IMG/VR virus record: IMGVR_UViG_3300020045_003177
Coordinates: 1-27,677 of that record
Origin: a virus
Lineage: Duplodnaviria; Caudoviricetes
Reading direction: 5' to 3' (one strand)
Length of the DNA stretch: 27,677 nt
Below are positions 16,646 through 25,209 of this stretch, piece by piece (the stretch's first letter is position 1; every line of letters begins with the position of its first letter). Position numbers and translations under genes: made by a program. The notes below the pieces were generated by a model. That model was not told where the DNA came from and searched no databases. It saw only the letters and a program-made list of their open reading frames with translations.

Positions 16646-17220
16646 TGAAACCTGAAGAAAAATATAGAAACGCAATTGATCCATTCTTTGAAAAATACTT
16701 TAATGTAGAAAGAGAAGTATGGAGCACTGAAAATCGCAGGATAGATTACGTACTACAATGTAAAATATCGAATGCGTTATTCGGAGTTGAAGTAAAGCAC
16801 AGCGAACACATGAGGGGCGAAAAAATGGGAGCTTATTTATTACAGGCTCACGATTATTCAAAAATGTTTTGGGACACTAAATTTGCACCTGGACCAGTTA
16901 AACTACAAATATTTATTACTCCTGCATTAAGTAACACAGTAAAACAAGTAATACCGGAAAGTAAACTAATTTTGCAAAGGAGATATTCGGGCGGAATACA
17001 GACAAATGAAGATGCTGAATATTATCAGGCATACCATAGAAGCGACCATGAACACACAAATATTAATAGTTGGCTTTCTGCTTTTGGAATTGGTGAAATA
17101 AGACAATTAAATCAAGGTTATGTTATTTTTAGCTACAATAATAAAATAATCTGGAGATCAAAATACGAAAGACTACACGAAGTAAATTATAACTTTTACC
17201 AAAACAAATTAACATGCTAA
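16645..17220 (+). CDS. PD-(D/E)XK-like nuclease-fold protein
   Basis: VEREV...RRIDYVL...FGVEVK...QAHDYS pattern. Confidence 0.6.
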   Translation: MKPEEKYRNAIDPFFEKYFNVEREVWSTENRRIDYVLQCKISNALFGVEVKHSEHMRGEKMGAYLLQAHDYSKMFWDTKFAPGPVKLQIFITPALSNTVKQVIPESKLILQRRYSGGIQTNEDAEYYQAYHRSDHEHTNINSWLSAFGIGEIRQLNQGYVIFSYNNKIIWRSKYERLHEVNYNFYQNKLTC

Positions 17221-17738
17221 CCGACCGCCACGCCCTAAAACGCCTCCAATCAATCAAACACCAGATCGACTGCCAAGAACACCCGAACGTCCCACCGGCA
17301 TACATCCCATTGTGTAAATTCACACTCACCAGAACAAACGACATTGAGCGGGCTATTGTGCTTTGGTTCAAGTTGCACGGTTACAAGGCCGAACGGGTGA
17401 AAGTGCAAGGTCGCAAGATAGGTTCTGACGTTGTGTATCACAATCCGATTACCGGCAAAGTTCAGGTAATCGACAAAGCCAAATACATACCATCTTCAGG
17501 CGCGAAAGGTTCGGCGGATATTTCGGCTACGTGTCGGGATAAGGAGGGGTATGTAATGTCGTTGAGGATTGAGGTTAAGAATACATACACCAGGGACGTT
17601 ATAAGACATGACCAGATCAAGTACAAAGAAGAACACGAGAGATCAGGAGGGACTTATATCATTGTGCATACTTTCGGGGAGTTAATGGAGTGGACGTTTG
17701 AGAATGTGGGAGGGATTGATAAACCAATTAATATTTAA
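17214..17738 (+). CDS. VRR-NUC-like nuclease / Holliday junction resolvase
   Basis: KGSADI...LRIEVK...DQIKY...GGTYIIVH pattern. Confidence 0.75.
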   Translation: MLTDRHALKRLQSIKHQIDCQEHPNVPPAYIPLCKFTLTRTNDIERAIVLWFKLHGYKAERVKVQGRKIGSDVVYHNPITGKVQVIDKAKYIPSSGAKGSADISATCRDKEGYVMSLRIEVKNTYTRDVIRHDQIKYKEEHERSGGTYIIVHTFGELMEWTFENVGGIDKPINI

Positions 17739-17742
17739 AGCC

Positions 17743-18027
17743 ATGACAACAAGAAAACAGATTGTAAAAAAAGCGGAGAAATTAAACGCTATTATCAAAA
17801 AAGCAAAATCAGAATTAATTGAATTACAAAAACAGGATTATCTATTATGTGATAAACAACAATGGTTTACCGAAAAGGAAGAAACAACCGGACGCGGTAA
17901 ACATAAAAAAACTCGATTGATAGGTAGAGTTCATTGGATGCAATCTTTTCACGATGAAGATATTGAAATGCATATAGAATTTGAAAGGTCGCATATAGTT
18001 CGAATTGATGGAGTATGGCAGTTTTAA
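17743..18027 (+). CDS. Hypothetical protein (start revised to ATG 17743)
   Basis: N-terminal coiled coil; C-terminal W..F.DED....FERS.IV segment. Confidence 0.6.
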   Translation: MTTRKQIVKKAEKLNAIIKKAKSELIELQKQDYLLCDKQQWFTEKEETTGRGKHKKTRLIGRVHWMQSFHDEDIEMHIEFERSHIVRIDGVWQF

Positions 18028-18030
18028 CCA

Positions 18031-18107
18031 TTGACAAATATCAACCGAAACAAGTATAAGTATCATTGATGCAAGAGAATCAATTTAGAGATTAATTAGT
18101 AATTTTG
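18031..18107 (+). promoter_or_regulatory. Class I promoter: TTGACAAATATCAA, second box at +22, -7 box TAATTTTG (18100)
   Basis: Exact Bacteroidota -7 consensus at the same offset as in the other three copies. Confidence 0.7.
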
Positions 18108-18112
18108 GAGGT

Positions 18113-19458
18113 ATGAATATACTAAGTTTATTTGATGGAATGTCTTGTTTGCAAATAGCACTCAAAGAACTTGAAATACCAGTTTCAAAGTATTGCTATT
18201 CAGAAATAGATGTTCATGCAATTAAGCAAACACAACTTAATTTCCCGGACGCTATACACGTTGGCGATGTTACTAAATGGCGTGAATGGGATATTGATTG
18301 GAGTAAAGTTGATTTAATTGGGGGCGGTTCACCTTGCCAGGGATTCAGTTTTGCCGGAAAGCAATTAGCCTTTGATGATCCTCGAAGTAAACTATTCTTT
18401 GTGTTTGCTGATATTCTGGCTCACTGCAAATCACTTAATCCGGATGTAAAGTTTTTACTTGAAAATGTGAACATGAAAAAATCACACATGAAGGTAATTT
18501 CTGACTATGTGGGAATACTTCCGGTAACATTAACAGCAACCTTGTTTCCGCTCAAAATCGGGATAGGTGGTACTGGACTAATATTAAAACCGAAAGAAAA
18601 GGCTTGTTTGGTGATTTGTATTCAGGCATACCACAACCGAAAGACAAGGGAATTATTTTGAAGGATATTCTGGAAAGTGAAGTTGATGAAAAGTATTACA
18701 TCAGTGATAAGGTAATTCAGAGAATAGCCACAAATCAGCAATCACAGTTTATTTCCACTACCGGTAAATCGCCAGCACAAAGAAGCTCAACAGGTAGGAG
18801 TTTGGATTCAAAACACAATTACCAGATTATAAATATTGACGGTGAATTAAAATCCAATCAGGACAAGGCAGCTTGTTTTACTGCCGGGGCGCACTCAGGT
18901 GGTAATCATTCGGATATGGATTTAGTTTGTATTGAGCAGCGTTCACATGGATTTAATAAAGGTGGATTGCATTTTGATAAATCACCCACCGTGCAGGCTT
19001 CGCATGATTGGGCCGGTAATAATGTTGTATGTGTTCGTTTTGGTCGATCAGAAGAAGGTAAAAGAATCCGCAAAGAACACAAGGGAAAAGATTACACCCC
19101 TTTTCAGGCAAAGGAAATAGTAGGTTTCAATACCGAAAAAATGAATACGGTTACCTGTGCGACAACAAAGGATAATCTGATAATGCAAATAAATCCATCA
19201 ATAGAATCCGGTGGGAAACAACCATATCAACAAAACCGTATCTATGACGAAAACGGAATAATGCCAGCTGTAATGACTGAAAATAGGGGTAACGTATTAA
19301 CTCAATCCAGGATCAGGCGCTTAACCCCTACCGAAGTTTCCCGATTGCAGACTATACCCGATTGGTACGTGTGGAAATGTTCCGATACTCAGATATATCG
19401 AATGTGCGGGAACGGATGGACGGTTGAAGTAATTAAACACATTTTATCATTCATATAA
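18113..19458 (+). pseudogene. C5-cytosine DNA methyltransferase split by a 1-nt frameshift near 18526
   Basis: SLFDG, GGSPCQGFS and LLENV in the first frame. Adding one A in ccggtaacatt restores PVNINSNLVSAQNRDRWYWTNI and joins the second frame, which ends RRLTPTE..RLQT...GNGWTV. Confidence 0.8.
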
Positions 19459-19475
19459 ACTAATCACTACACCCC

Positions 19476-19868
19476 ATGACCCCATACTCCGCCCCAGGCA
19501 TCATTCAACTAACTCCAGAATCAGCATGCAGTCTTATAATCGGATCGTATTTCGGAACTACGTTTGAAGCCGTATGTAAACGAGGCCGGCATAAGGAAGA
19601 AACCCTAATACGCCAGGCCATGCAGACATGTTTGAGTCGGTACAGTTCGATATCATTGGGAGAGATAGGACGGATGACAAACCGCGATCATGCAACGGTG
19701 CTAAACTCGAAGCGAAACATTGAAGCGGATGAGTACATGAAACAGAAATACGGTACTGAATCGGGATTGCTGATCGTTTACCGTAGGTTTGAAATGCACT
19801 ACTGCAATATGATGAACCCAAAACGGCACTATAGGAGTTATAAAGATGAAATAATTAATATGAAATGA
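19476..19868 (+). CDS. DnaA domain IV (Bac_DnaA_C)-like DNA-binding protein
   Basis: KRGRHKEETLIRQ.....LSRYSSISLGEIGRMTNRDHATVLNS matches the DnaA signature SL.EIG..F..RDH[TA]TV; no AAA+ domain. Confidence 0.8.
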   Translation: MTPYSAPGIIQLTPESACSLIIGSYFGTTFEAVCKRGRHKEETLIRQAMQTCLSRYSSISLGEIGRMTNRDHATVLNSKRNIEADEYMKQKYGTESGLLIVYRRFEMHYCNMMNPKRHYRSYKDEIINMK

Positions 19869-19869
19869 T

Positions 19870-20010
19870 ATGTTTGAGACAGGAATAATTCTTTTAATTT
19901 TAAATGTTGCTTTTGCAATAATAAGCTATTTTAACAAAAGCTATAAAACAGCAATGTTTAATTCGTTTATAGCTGGAGTTCTTTTTGCAGCTATATTGTC
20001 AATTAATTAA
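19870..20010 (+). CDS. Small two-TM membrane protein (46 aa), not in the ORF track
   Basis: MFETGIILLILNVAFAIISYFNKSYKTAMFNSFIAGVLFAAILSIN*; fills the gap exactly. Confidence 0.55.
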   Translation: MFETGIILLILNVAFAIISYFNKSYKTAMFNSFIAGVLFAAILSIN

Positions 20011-20022
20011 TACGAAAATAAT

Positions 20023-20499
20023 ATGAAACCCACCGACCACCTCCGCGCAATCCTATTAACAGTGATAATCTTCTGCCTGTTCCTATTCCATCAGGCACAC
20101 GGCCAGTCAATAACACCGGCACTATACTACACATCAGAACGACAAGCCGGAGCCGGAATATCGTTTACTATCCCATCCGGTTACGGTGCAGGCATTTCGT
20201 GCTACAATGATGCGACATGGAAAGGGCAAGATACAACGTATTTTAAAAACGGAACGATTTTAAGCCTATCTAAGCGACTTTTTCCAACGTTTGGGGTAAG
20301 TATAGGGGCGGGACGTTTTGAATCGTACAGGCACGTATCTAATAACGAATACGACCAGATTAAGCGGTTTGCAGTGTACCAGGTTGGATTTGATGTAAAG
20401 GTATGGCGGGAAGTAAGTATTTTGGGAGGGGTGCTGTTTGGGGGAGAAGTGTTGCAGGTTTATTCTGGGGTTGGAGTTAATGTATTTAAAACGAAATAA
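20023..20499 (+). CDS. Putative small outer-membrane beta-barrel protein
   Basis: Signal peptide ending AHG|QS; alternating amphipathic Gly/aromatic strands; C-terminal strand YSGVGVNVF. Confidence 0.6.
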   Translation: MKPTDHLRAILLTVIIFCLFLFHQAHGQSITPALYYTSERQAGAGISFTIPSGYGAGISCYNDATWKGQDTTYFKNGTILSLSKRLFPTFGVSIGAGRFESYRHVSNNEYDQIKRFAVYQVGFDVKVWREVSILGGVLFGGEVLQVYSGVGVNVFKTK

Positions 20500-20500
20500 G

Positions 20501-20854
20501 ATGAAAGCACAGGAATTGAGGCTGGGTAATATAATATCCAGAATGCACGATATTAATGAGCCGGTTATAGAAATAGTTGATATGTTTACAATTGATTGGA
20601 TAAATAGAAATCCAAACAATGAAACATATAAACCCATACCACTCACTGAAGAATGGTTGTTGAAGTTTGGGTTTGAGAAGAAAGGTAAAAGAATATCAAA
20701 AGGATGGTTTTATTTATGGGATGAAAATGGTATAGTTGTTTTTGCATTGGCTGAAATGCAAGATTATACTGGTTGCTATCTAAAAATCAAATACGTCCAC
20801 CAACTCCAAAACCTTTATTACGCACTAACAGGCGAAGAACTATGTATCAAATAA
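20501..20854 (+). CDS. Conserved Bacteroidota-phage hypothetical protein (start revised to 20501)
   Basis: Motifs MKAQELRLGN, PIPLTEEWLLKFGF and YVHQLQNLYYALTGEEL, recalled as recurrent in such phages. Confidence 0.75.
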   Translation: MKAQELRLGNIISRMHDINEPVIEIVDMFTIDWINRNPNNETYKPIPLTEEWLLKFGFEKKGKRISKGWFYLWDENGIVVFALAEMQDYTGCYLKIKYVHQLQNLYYALTGEELCIK

Positions 20855-21045
20855 CCGGCTACGTCATAATAAACGGAGAAAAGACCGTTAAACGAATTTT
20901 CAAACCAGTACATATACGTTCTATTGCAGAGATAGATACATACCAACAACGAAAGCAGCGTTTAATACAGCGGCGTTATAAGTGTCCCATTACTGTATTT
21001 GTGGACTATAAAGTGCCGATACCGGAGCATATACCACACAGGTAA
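20842..21045 (+). CDS. Small basic hypothetical protein (start revised to 20842)
   Basis: MYQITGYVIING... overlapping the upstream gene end. Confidence 0.5.
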   Translation: MYQITGYVIINGEKTVKRIFKPVHIRSIAEIDTYQQRKQRLIQRRYKCPITVFVDYKVPIPEHIPHR

Positions 21046-21046
21046 T

Positions 21047-21091
21047 TTATAAACAAATCAACCAAACGGGGAAAAAGTAGTTAAATTTGCA
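21047..21091 (+). promoter_or_regulatory. Class II promoter: TTATAAACAAA (21047) and -7 box TAAATTTG (21082)
   Basis: 35-bp spacing as at 2745 and 22948; directly upstream of terS. Confidence 0.65.
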
Positions 21092-21095
21092 GGAT

Positions 21096-21494
21096 ATGGC
21101 AGCAGGATTAAATAATAAGAACGCAGAAAAATGGACAGTTAAAGAAACTGAATCTGTTTTCGATAAGGCTATTCTGTTATCAATGGATGATGAATATGAT
21201 TTTATTGGAGAGATTGCCAGAGATTTGCAAATTAGCCGCCACACATTTACATATTTGTCCGGTAAATATCCAGAATTACAGCAAAAGTATGATCTGATAT
21301 TAAGCAACTTGGAAGCCAATTGTTTTAAACACACAAAAAAAGAAACTATAAACGTTGCAACAGGTATAGTAAATTTGAAATCTAACTATAAATGGACTGA
21401 CCGTCAACAAGTTGACACCAATATAAGTGTCAACGAGGACACTCAAAAAGCCGTCCGCACCTTCATGCAAATGATAACCGATGAACCTGAATAG
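21096..21494 (+). CDS. terS: Terminase small subunit (start revised to ATG 21096)
   Basis: NKNAEKWT, an HTH-like segment, NLKSNYKWTDRQ; directly upstream of and overlapping terL. Confidence 0.75.
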   Translation: MAAGLNNKNAEKWTVKETESVFDKAILLSMDDEYDFIGEIARDLQISRHTFTYLSGKYPELQQKYDLILSNLEANCFKHTKKETINVATGIVNLKSNYKWTDRQQVDTNISVNEDTQKAVRTFMQMITDEPE

Positions 21495-22818
21495 TTTATT
21501 AACCAAACGGCAGCGCACCGCACTAAAGAAGCTGTACAGCAATGATACAGCTTTTTTATTATATGGCGGAGGTGCCGGAGGTGGAAAGACCTGGCTGGGA
21601 TGCTTCTGGCTTTATTCTGTTTGTGTTGCCTATCCAAAATCGCGTTGGTTTATTGGCCGAGATTCGTTGAAGGACACCCGCGAATCTGTTTTAATAACAT
21701 GGTCAAAAGTTGCAGAGCGTTACAACTTTACAGGGTGGAAGTATGGCGAAAATGAAATACAGTTCGATAACGGTTCAGTAATTTCATTTCTGGACTTATC
21801 GTTTTATCCGGTTAAAGATCCGTTTTTTGAAAGATTAGGATCGAAAGAATATACAGGGGGCTGGATTGAGGAAGCCGGAGAAGTCAAATATGATGCGTTC
21901 GATGTGTTAAAGTCTCGTATAGGTAGACACATGAATGACAAGCATAAACTATCCGGTAAGATGCTGATAACGGCAAACCCGAAAAAGGGATGGCTATATA
22001 ATGAATTCTATAAGCCGAAACAATCCGGAACACTGCCAGAAGGGTATGAGTTTATACAGGCGTTGCATACTGACAACGATAAATTACCAGGTGCAGCTGT
22101 TGATTCATTGCACCGTATAACTGATGTAGTGAAGCGGCAAAGGTTGTTAATGGGTGATTGGGATTATGACGATGATGATAACAGCCTGATACCATATAAT
22201 AAAATTATGGATTGCTTTACCAATTCATTTGTTGAAGAAGGTGAGCGATACATAAGTTCAGACGTTGCAATCACTAACGACCTATTTGTAAATATTGTTT
22301 GGTCAGGTTTGCGTATTATTGAGATAGTGGCAATCAGAAACATATCAAAGCAGATCGGCTCAATTGTAGATGAACAGGTTGTTACACATACAGACTTCAC
22401 ACCGCTATTGCAGGAATATGACCGCATGGCCAGAGTTTATAAAATACCACGCAGTAATATAGTTTATGATGCTGACGGGATAGGTCACAAACTCCGCTCG
22501 CTGTTGGCCGGAGCGGTTGGATTAAACAACGGTTCGCCCGCTATTCACTCAGGCGAATACTTTAACCTTAAATCTGAACTTTATTACCTGTTTGCCGGAA
22601 TGGTAAACAGTAATGAGATTTATATTCAGGCTTCACTTACTACAGATATGAGGGATAGGCTGATTAGTGAGATGCAAGCAATCAAGCGTACCAGTTCAGA
22701 AGGGGAGAAATTACGTATTATGCCAAAATCAGAAGTTAAGCAGATATTAGGACATTCGCCAGATTTGACGGATGCGATAGTTTACAGGCTGTTGTTCTGG
22801 TTGACAAGGAAGAAATAA
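21481..22818 (+). CDS. terL: Terminase large subunit
   Basis: YGGGAGGGKT Walker A, WIEEAGE Walker B, ITANP motif III, nuclease motifs SDVA, YDADG and SPDLTDA. Confidence 0.95.
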   Translation: MNLNSLLTKRQRTALKKLYSNDTAFLLYGGGAGGGKTWLGCFWLYSVCVAYPKSRWFIGRDSLKDTRESVLITWSKVAERYNFTGWKYGENEIQFDNGSVISFLDLSFYPVKDPFFERLGSKEYTGGWIEEAGEVKYDAFDVLKSRIGRHMNDKHKLSGKMLITANPKKGWLYNEFYKPKQSGTLPEGYEFIQALHTDNDKLPGAAVDSLHRITDVVKRQRLLMGDWDYDDDDNSLIPYNKIMDCFTNSFVEEGERYISSDVAITNDLFVNIVWSGLRIIEIVAIRNISKQIGSIVDEQVVTHTDFTPLLQEYDRMARVYKIPRSNIVYDADGIGHKLRSLLAGAVGLNNGSPAIHSGEYFNLKSELYYLFAGMVNSNEIYIQASLTTDMRDRLISEMQAIKRTSSEGEKLRIMPKSEVKQILGHSPDLTDAIVYRLLFWLTRKK

Positions 22819-22915
22819 ACAAACCACAAATATATGAGATAACCACCGCACCCCCACAGCCGAACCAAATCTAAAGAAGTCAGGTAAACGAATTTAATAT
22901 TTTAGTAGGCGAATT

Positions 22916-22949
22916 AACCGCTATTCTCTTAGAGGGTGGCGGTTTTTTT
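22916..22949 (+). terminator. Rho-independent terminator after terL
   Basis: AACCGCTATTCTC-TTA-GAGGGTGGCGGTT stem followed by a T-run. Confidence 0.75.
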
Positions 22950-22993
22950 ATCAACAAATTACACAAAACTATTAAACAGATTTATATTTGCAA
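22948..22993 (+). promoter_or_regulatory. Class II promoter: TTATCAACAAA (22948) and -7 box TATATTTG (22983)
   Basis: 35-bp spacing; lies between the terminator and the portal gene. Confidence 0.7.
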
Positions 22994-23007
22994 TAATTTA
23001 ACTGCAA

Positions 23008-24378
23008 GTGATGGGGTTATTCAGCAAGAAAAGTAAGGTTACAAAGGAATTACAAACAGGGTACACATGGCCAATTAATAGCCAGTCCCCTGTTAATTTG
23101 ACTTACTACACCCCTGGATTCGGTAGGAAATACAATTCGCTTGCATTGATTGAATTGTATAATAAAGTTGGTGCAGTTAACGCTATAATAAACTATATTG
23201 CAACACGTTGCGCTGAATTACCGGTTCAGCATGTACGATATCTAAGCAACGGCAAAAAGAAAGTATTAGGCGAAACTGAACAGCTGAAGCGATTACAAAA
23301 CCCGAATAAGAATCAAACGCAAAACACATATTTAGAATCAGTTTACGCAAATATATTGATTCATGGGAATGCACCGGTTTGGCAGTTTAAAGTACCTGGA
23401 TTTGAAGCACCACAACGAATTGAATTATTACCTACTCATAATGTTTATGTAATTCCTGAGAAGTCGCAGGATTTATATGGAACACCAACAACAGGAACAG
23501 ATCCGCGCTTCAATGACGTTAAAACATATAAACTGTATATTAACGGTAAGTTCATTGACATCCCGATTGAGGAAATGATTTACATTAAGCGGCTCAATCC
23601 AAATCGTACCGGTGCAGATTGGTATTATGGAATGTCGCCACTTTATGCAGCCACCCGAAACATTGATATACTGTCAGGCATTTACGATACCATTAACACG
23701 GTAACACAATATAAGGGGGCGTTAGGATTTATTAAGAAAATTGCTAGGGCTGGTCAGATTGACATGATGATGGACTCGAAAGAAAAAGATCTGGCAGAAG
23801 AAAAACTATTAAGTTACGGCACGAAATCCGGCCAGCGTTCTGTTTTTGTAACTCCTTATGATTTACAATGGGTAAGGATGGATTCACCGATCAGCGACTT
23901 CATGCCTGTTGAAATGGATGAAAAGCAATTTGGCCATTTATGTAATCAGTTTATGATAAGCGATATATTGCTTAATTCAAAACTACAAAGCACATTCAAC
24001 AACACCAAAGAGGCTGAAATCAAATCATATCAAAATGCGTTTATGCCGTTGGTTCAGAACGTTCTAAACTCACATGCAGTAGGTTTTGGGATGTCAGAAC
24101 GTAACGAATGGTTTGAAGCTGATTATTCCGGAGTAGCATGTTTACAGGAAGATGAAAAGCTAAAATTTGAAGCAGCAGAAGCAAAGCGGGCATATTATCA
24201 AAGCCTTTACGATTCGGGATTAATTACAAAGAATCAGATTTTAACCGGTTTAGATATGCCAGAAAACACCGATCCATCATTTAACGAATTAAAAGATGAA
24301 ACAGAAACTGACACCGGAACAGATCAGGCAACTGAAACGGGAACGGGAGAAGATAATCAAGACGAAACAAACAATTAA
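23008..24378 (+). CDS. Portal protein (HK97-like)
   Basis: LQNPNKNQT...ILIHGNA, YYGMSPL, STFNNTKEA motifs; acidic tail; follows terL (start may be ATG 23011). Confidence 0.9.
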   Translation: MMGLFSKKSKVTKELQTGYTWPINSQSPVNLTYYTPGFGRKYNSLALIELYNKVGAVNAIINYIATRCAELPVQHVRYLSNGKKKVLGETEQLKRLQNPNKNQTQNTYLESVYANILIHGNAPVWQFKVPGFEAPQRIELLPTHNVYVIPEKSQDLYGTPTTGTDPRFNDVKTYKLYINGKFIDIPIEEMIYIKRLNPNRTGADWYYGMSPLYAATRNIDILSGIYDTINTVTQYKGALGFIKKIARAGQIDMMMDSKEKDLAEEKLLSYGTKSGQRSVFVTPYDLQWVRMDSPISDFMPVEMDEKQFGHLCNQFMISDILLNSKLQSTFNNTKEAEIKSYQNAFMPLVQNVLNSHAVGFGMSERNEWFEADYSGVACLQEDEKLKFEAAEAKRAYYQSLYDSGLITKNQILTGLDMPENTDPSFNELKDETETDTGTDQATETGTGEDNQDETNN

Positions 24379-24381
24379 GAA

Positions 24382-25209
24382 ATGATACATATACCTGATT
24401 TTGCAAAGAAAGAGGATTTGTTTAGCTGGTTGAAAGCTAACAAATCAATGCTTATCGCAGCAAAGAAAAGCCAATTAAAACGGGCTGATGCTGTTTCGTT
24501 TCTTATGATTGCTGAATCAGGAACCGAAATAATTACCAAAGCAGAAGCAAGGCCAGAGCTGTTAGATATGGGCGAATTCCCTGTTAAGGTAGTTATCAAT
24601 ACAACAAACATATTTGATTCACATCGTGACGTTCATATACCTGGATTGTGGAAAAAATCACTTTCAGAAAAGAAAGATAACTATCTGATTCAGGAACATG
24701 AAATGTCTTTCGAGAATATAATTTCAGACCGCGTAAAAGCATATACTAAAACTCTTTCTTTTGCTGAACTTGGATTTTCGTTTGCAGGAATAACAGAGGC
24801 ATTGATATTTGATGCAATCGTAGAACTTGAACGCAATGAATATATGGCTGAACAATACGCAAAAGGACGCGTAAAGAATCATTCAGTCGGGATGCAGTAT
24901 ATTAAACTCGAACTTGCTGTTAACTCAGAAAGCCGCTATGATGCAGAAGAAAAGGCCGTCTGGGACAAATACATAGATCAGATTGCAAATCGTGAAGCAG
25001 CCGAAGAAGTAGGATATTTCTGGGCGGTAACAGAGGCAAGGCTAATTGAAGGTTCAGCGGTTGTAATGGGATCGAATTTTGTTACACCAACTTTACAAAT
25101 AGGAAAACAAATAGCACTTGAAAACAGCCGCGAAAGCACTGAGGGAGAGCCGCACACATCAAAAATAGATTACTCTAAATTAATTAATCTTAAATTCTCA
25201 AAACAATGA
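24382..25209 (+). CDS. Prohead protease (HK97-like)
   Basis: DSHRDVHIPG.WKKS, QEH, NHSVGMQY and LIEGSAV motifs; between portal and capsid. Confidence 0.8.
   Translation: MIHIPDFAKKEDLFSWLKANKSMLIAAKKSQLKRADAVSFLMIAESGTEIITKAEARPELLDMGEFPVKVVINTTNIFDSHRDVHIPGLWKKSLSEKKDNYLIQEHEMSFENIISDRVKAYTKTLSFAELGFSFAGITEALIFDAIVELERNEYMAEQYAKGRVKNHSVGMQYIKLELAVNSESRYDAEEKAVWDKYIDQIANREAAEEVGYFWAVTEARLIEGSAVVMGSNFVTPTLQIGKQIALENSRESTEGEPHTSKIDYSKLINLKFSKQ

Noticed and set aside
19476-19868. Host dnaA gene or its pseudogene
   Set aside because: Only domain IV-like motifs are present, with a clean start and stop inside a phage operon and no AAA+ remnants upstream
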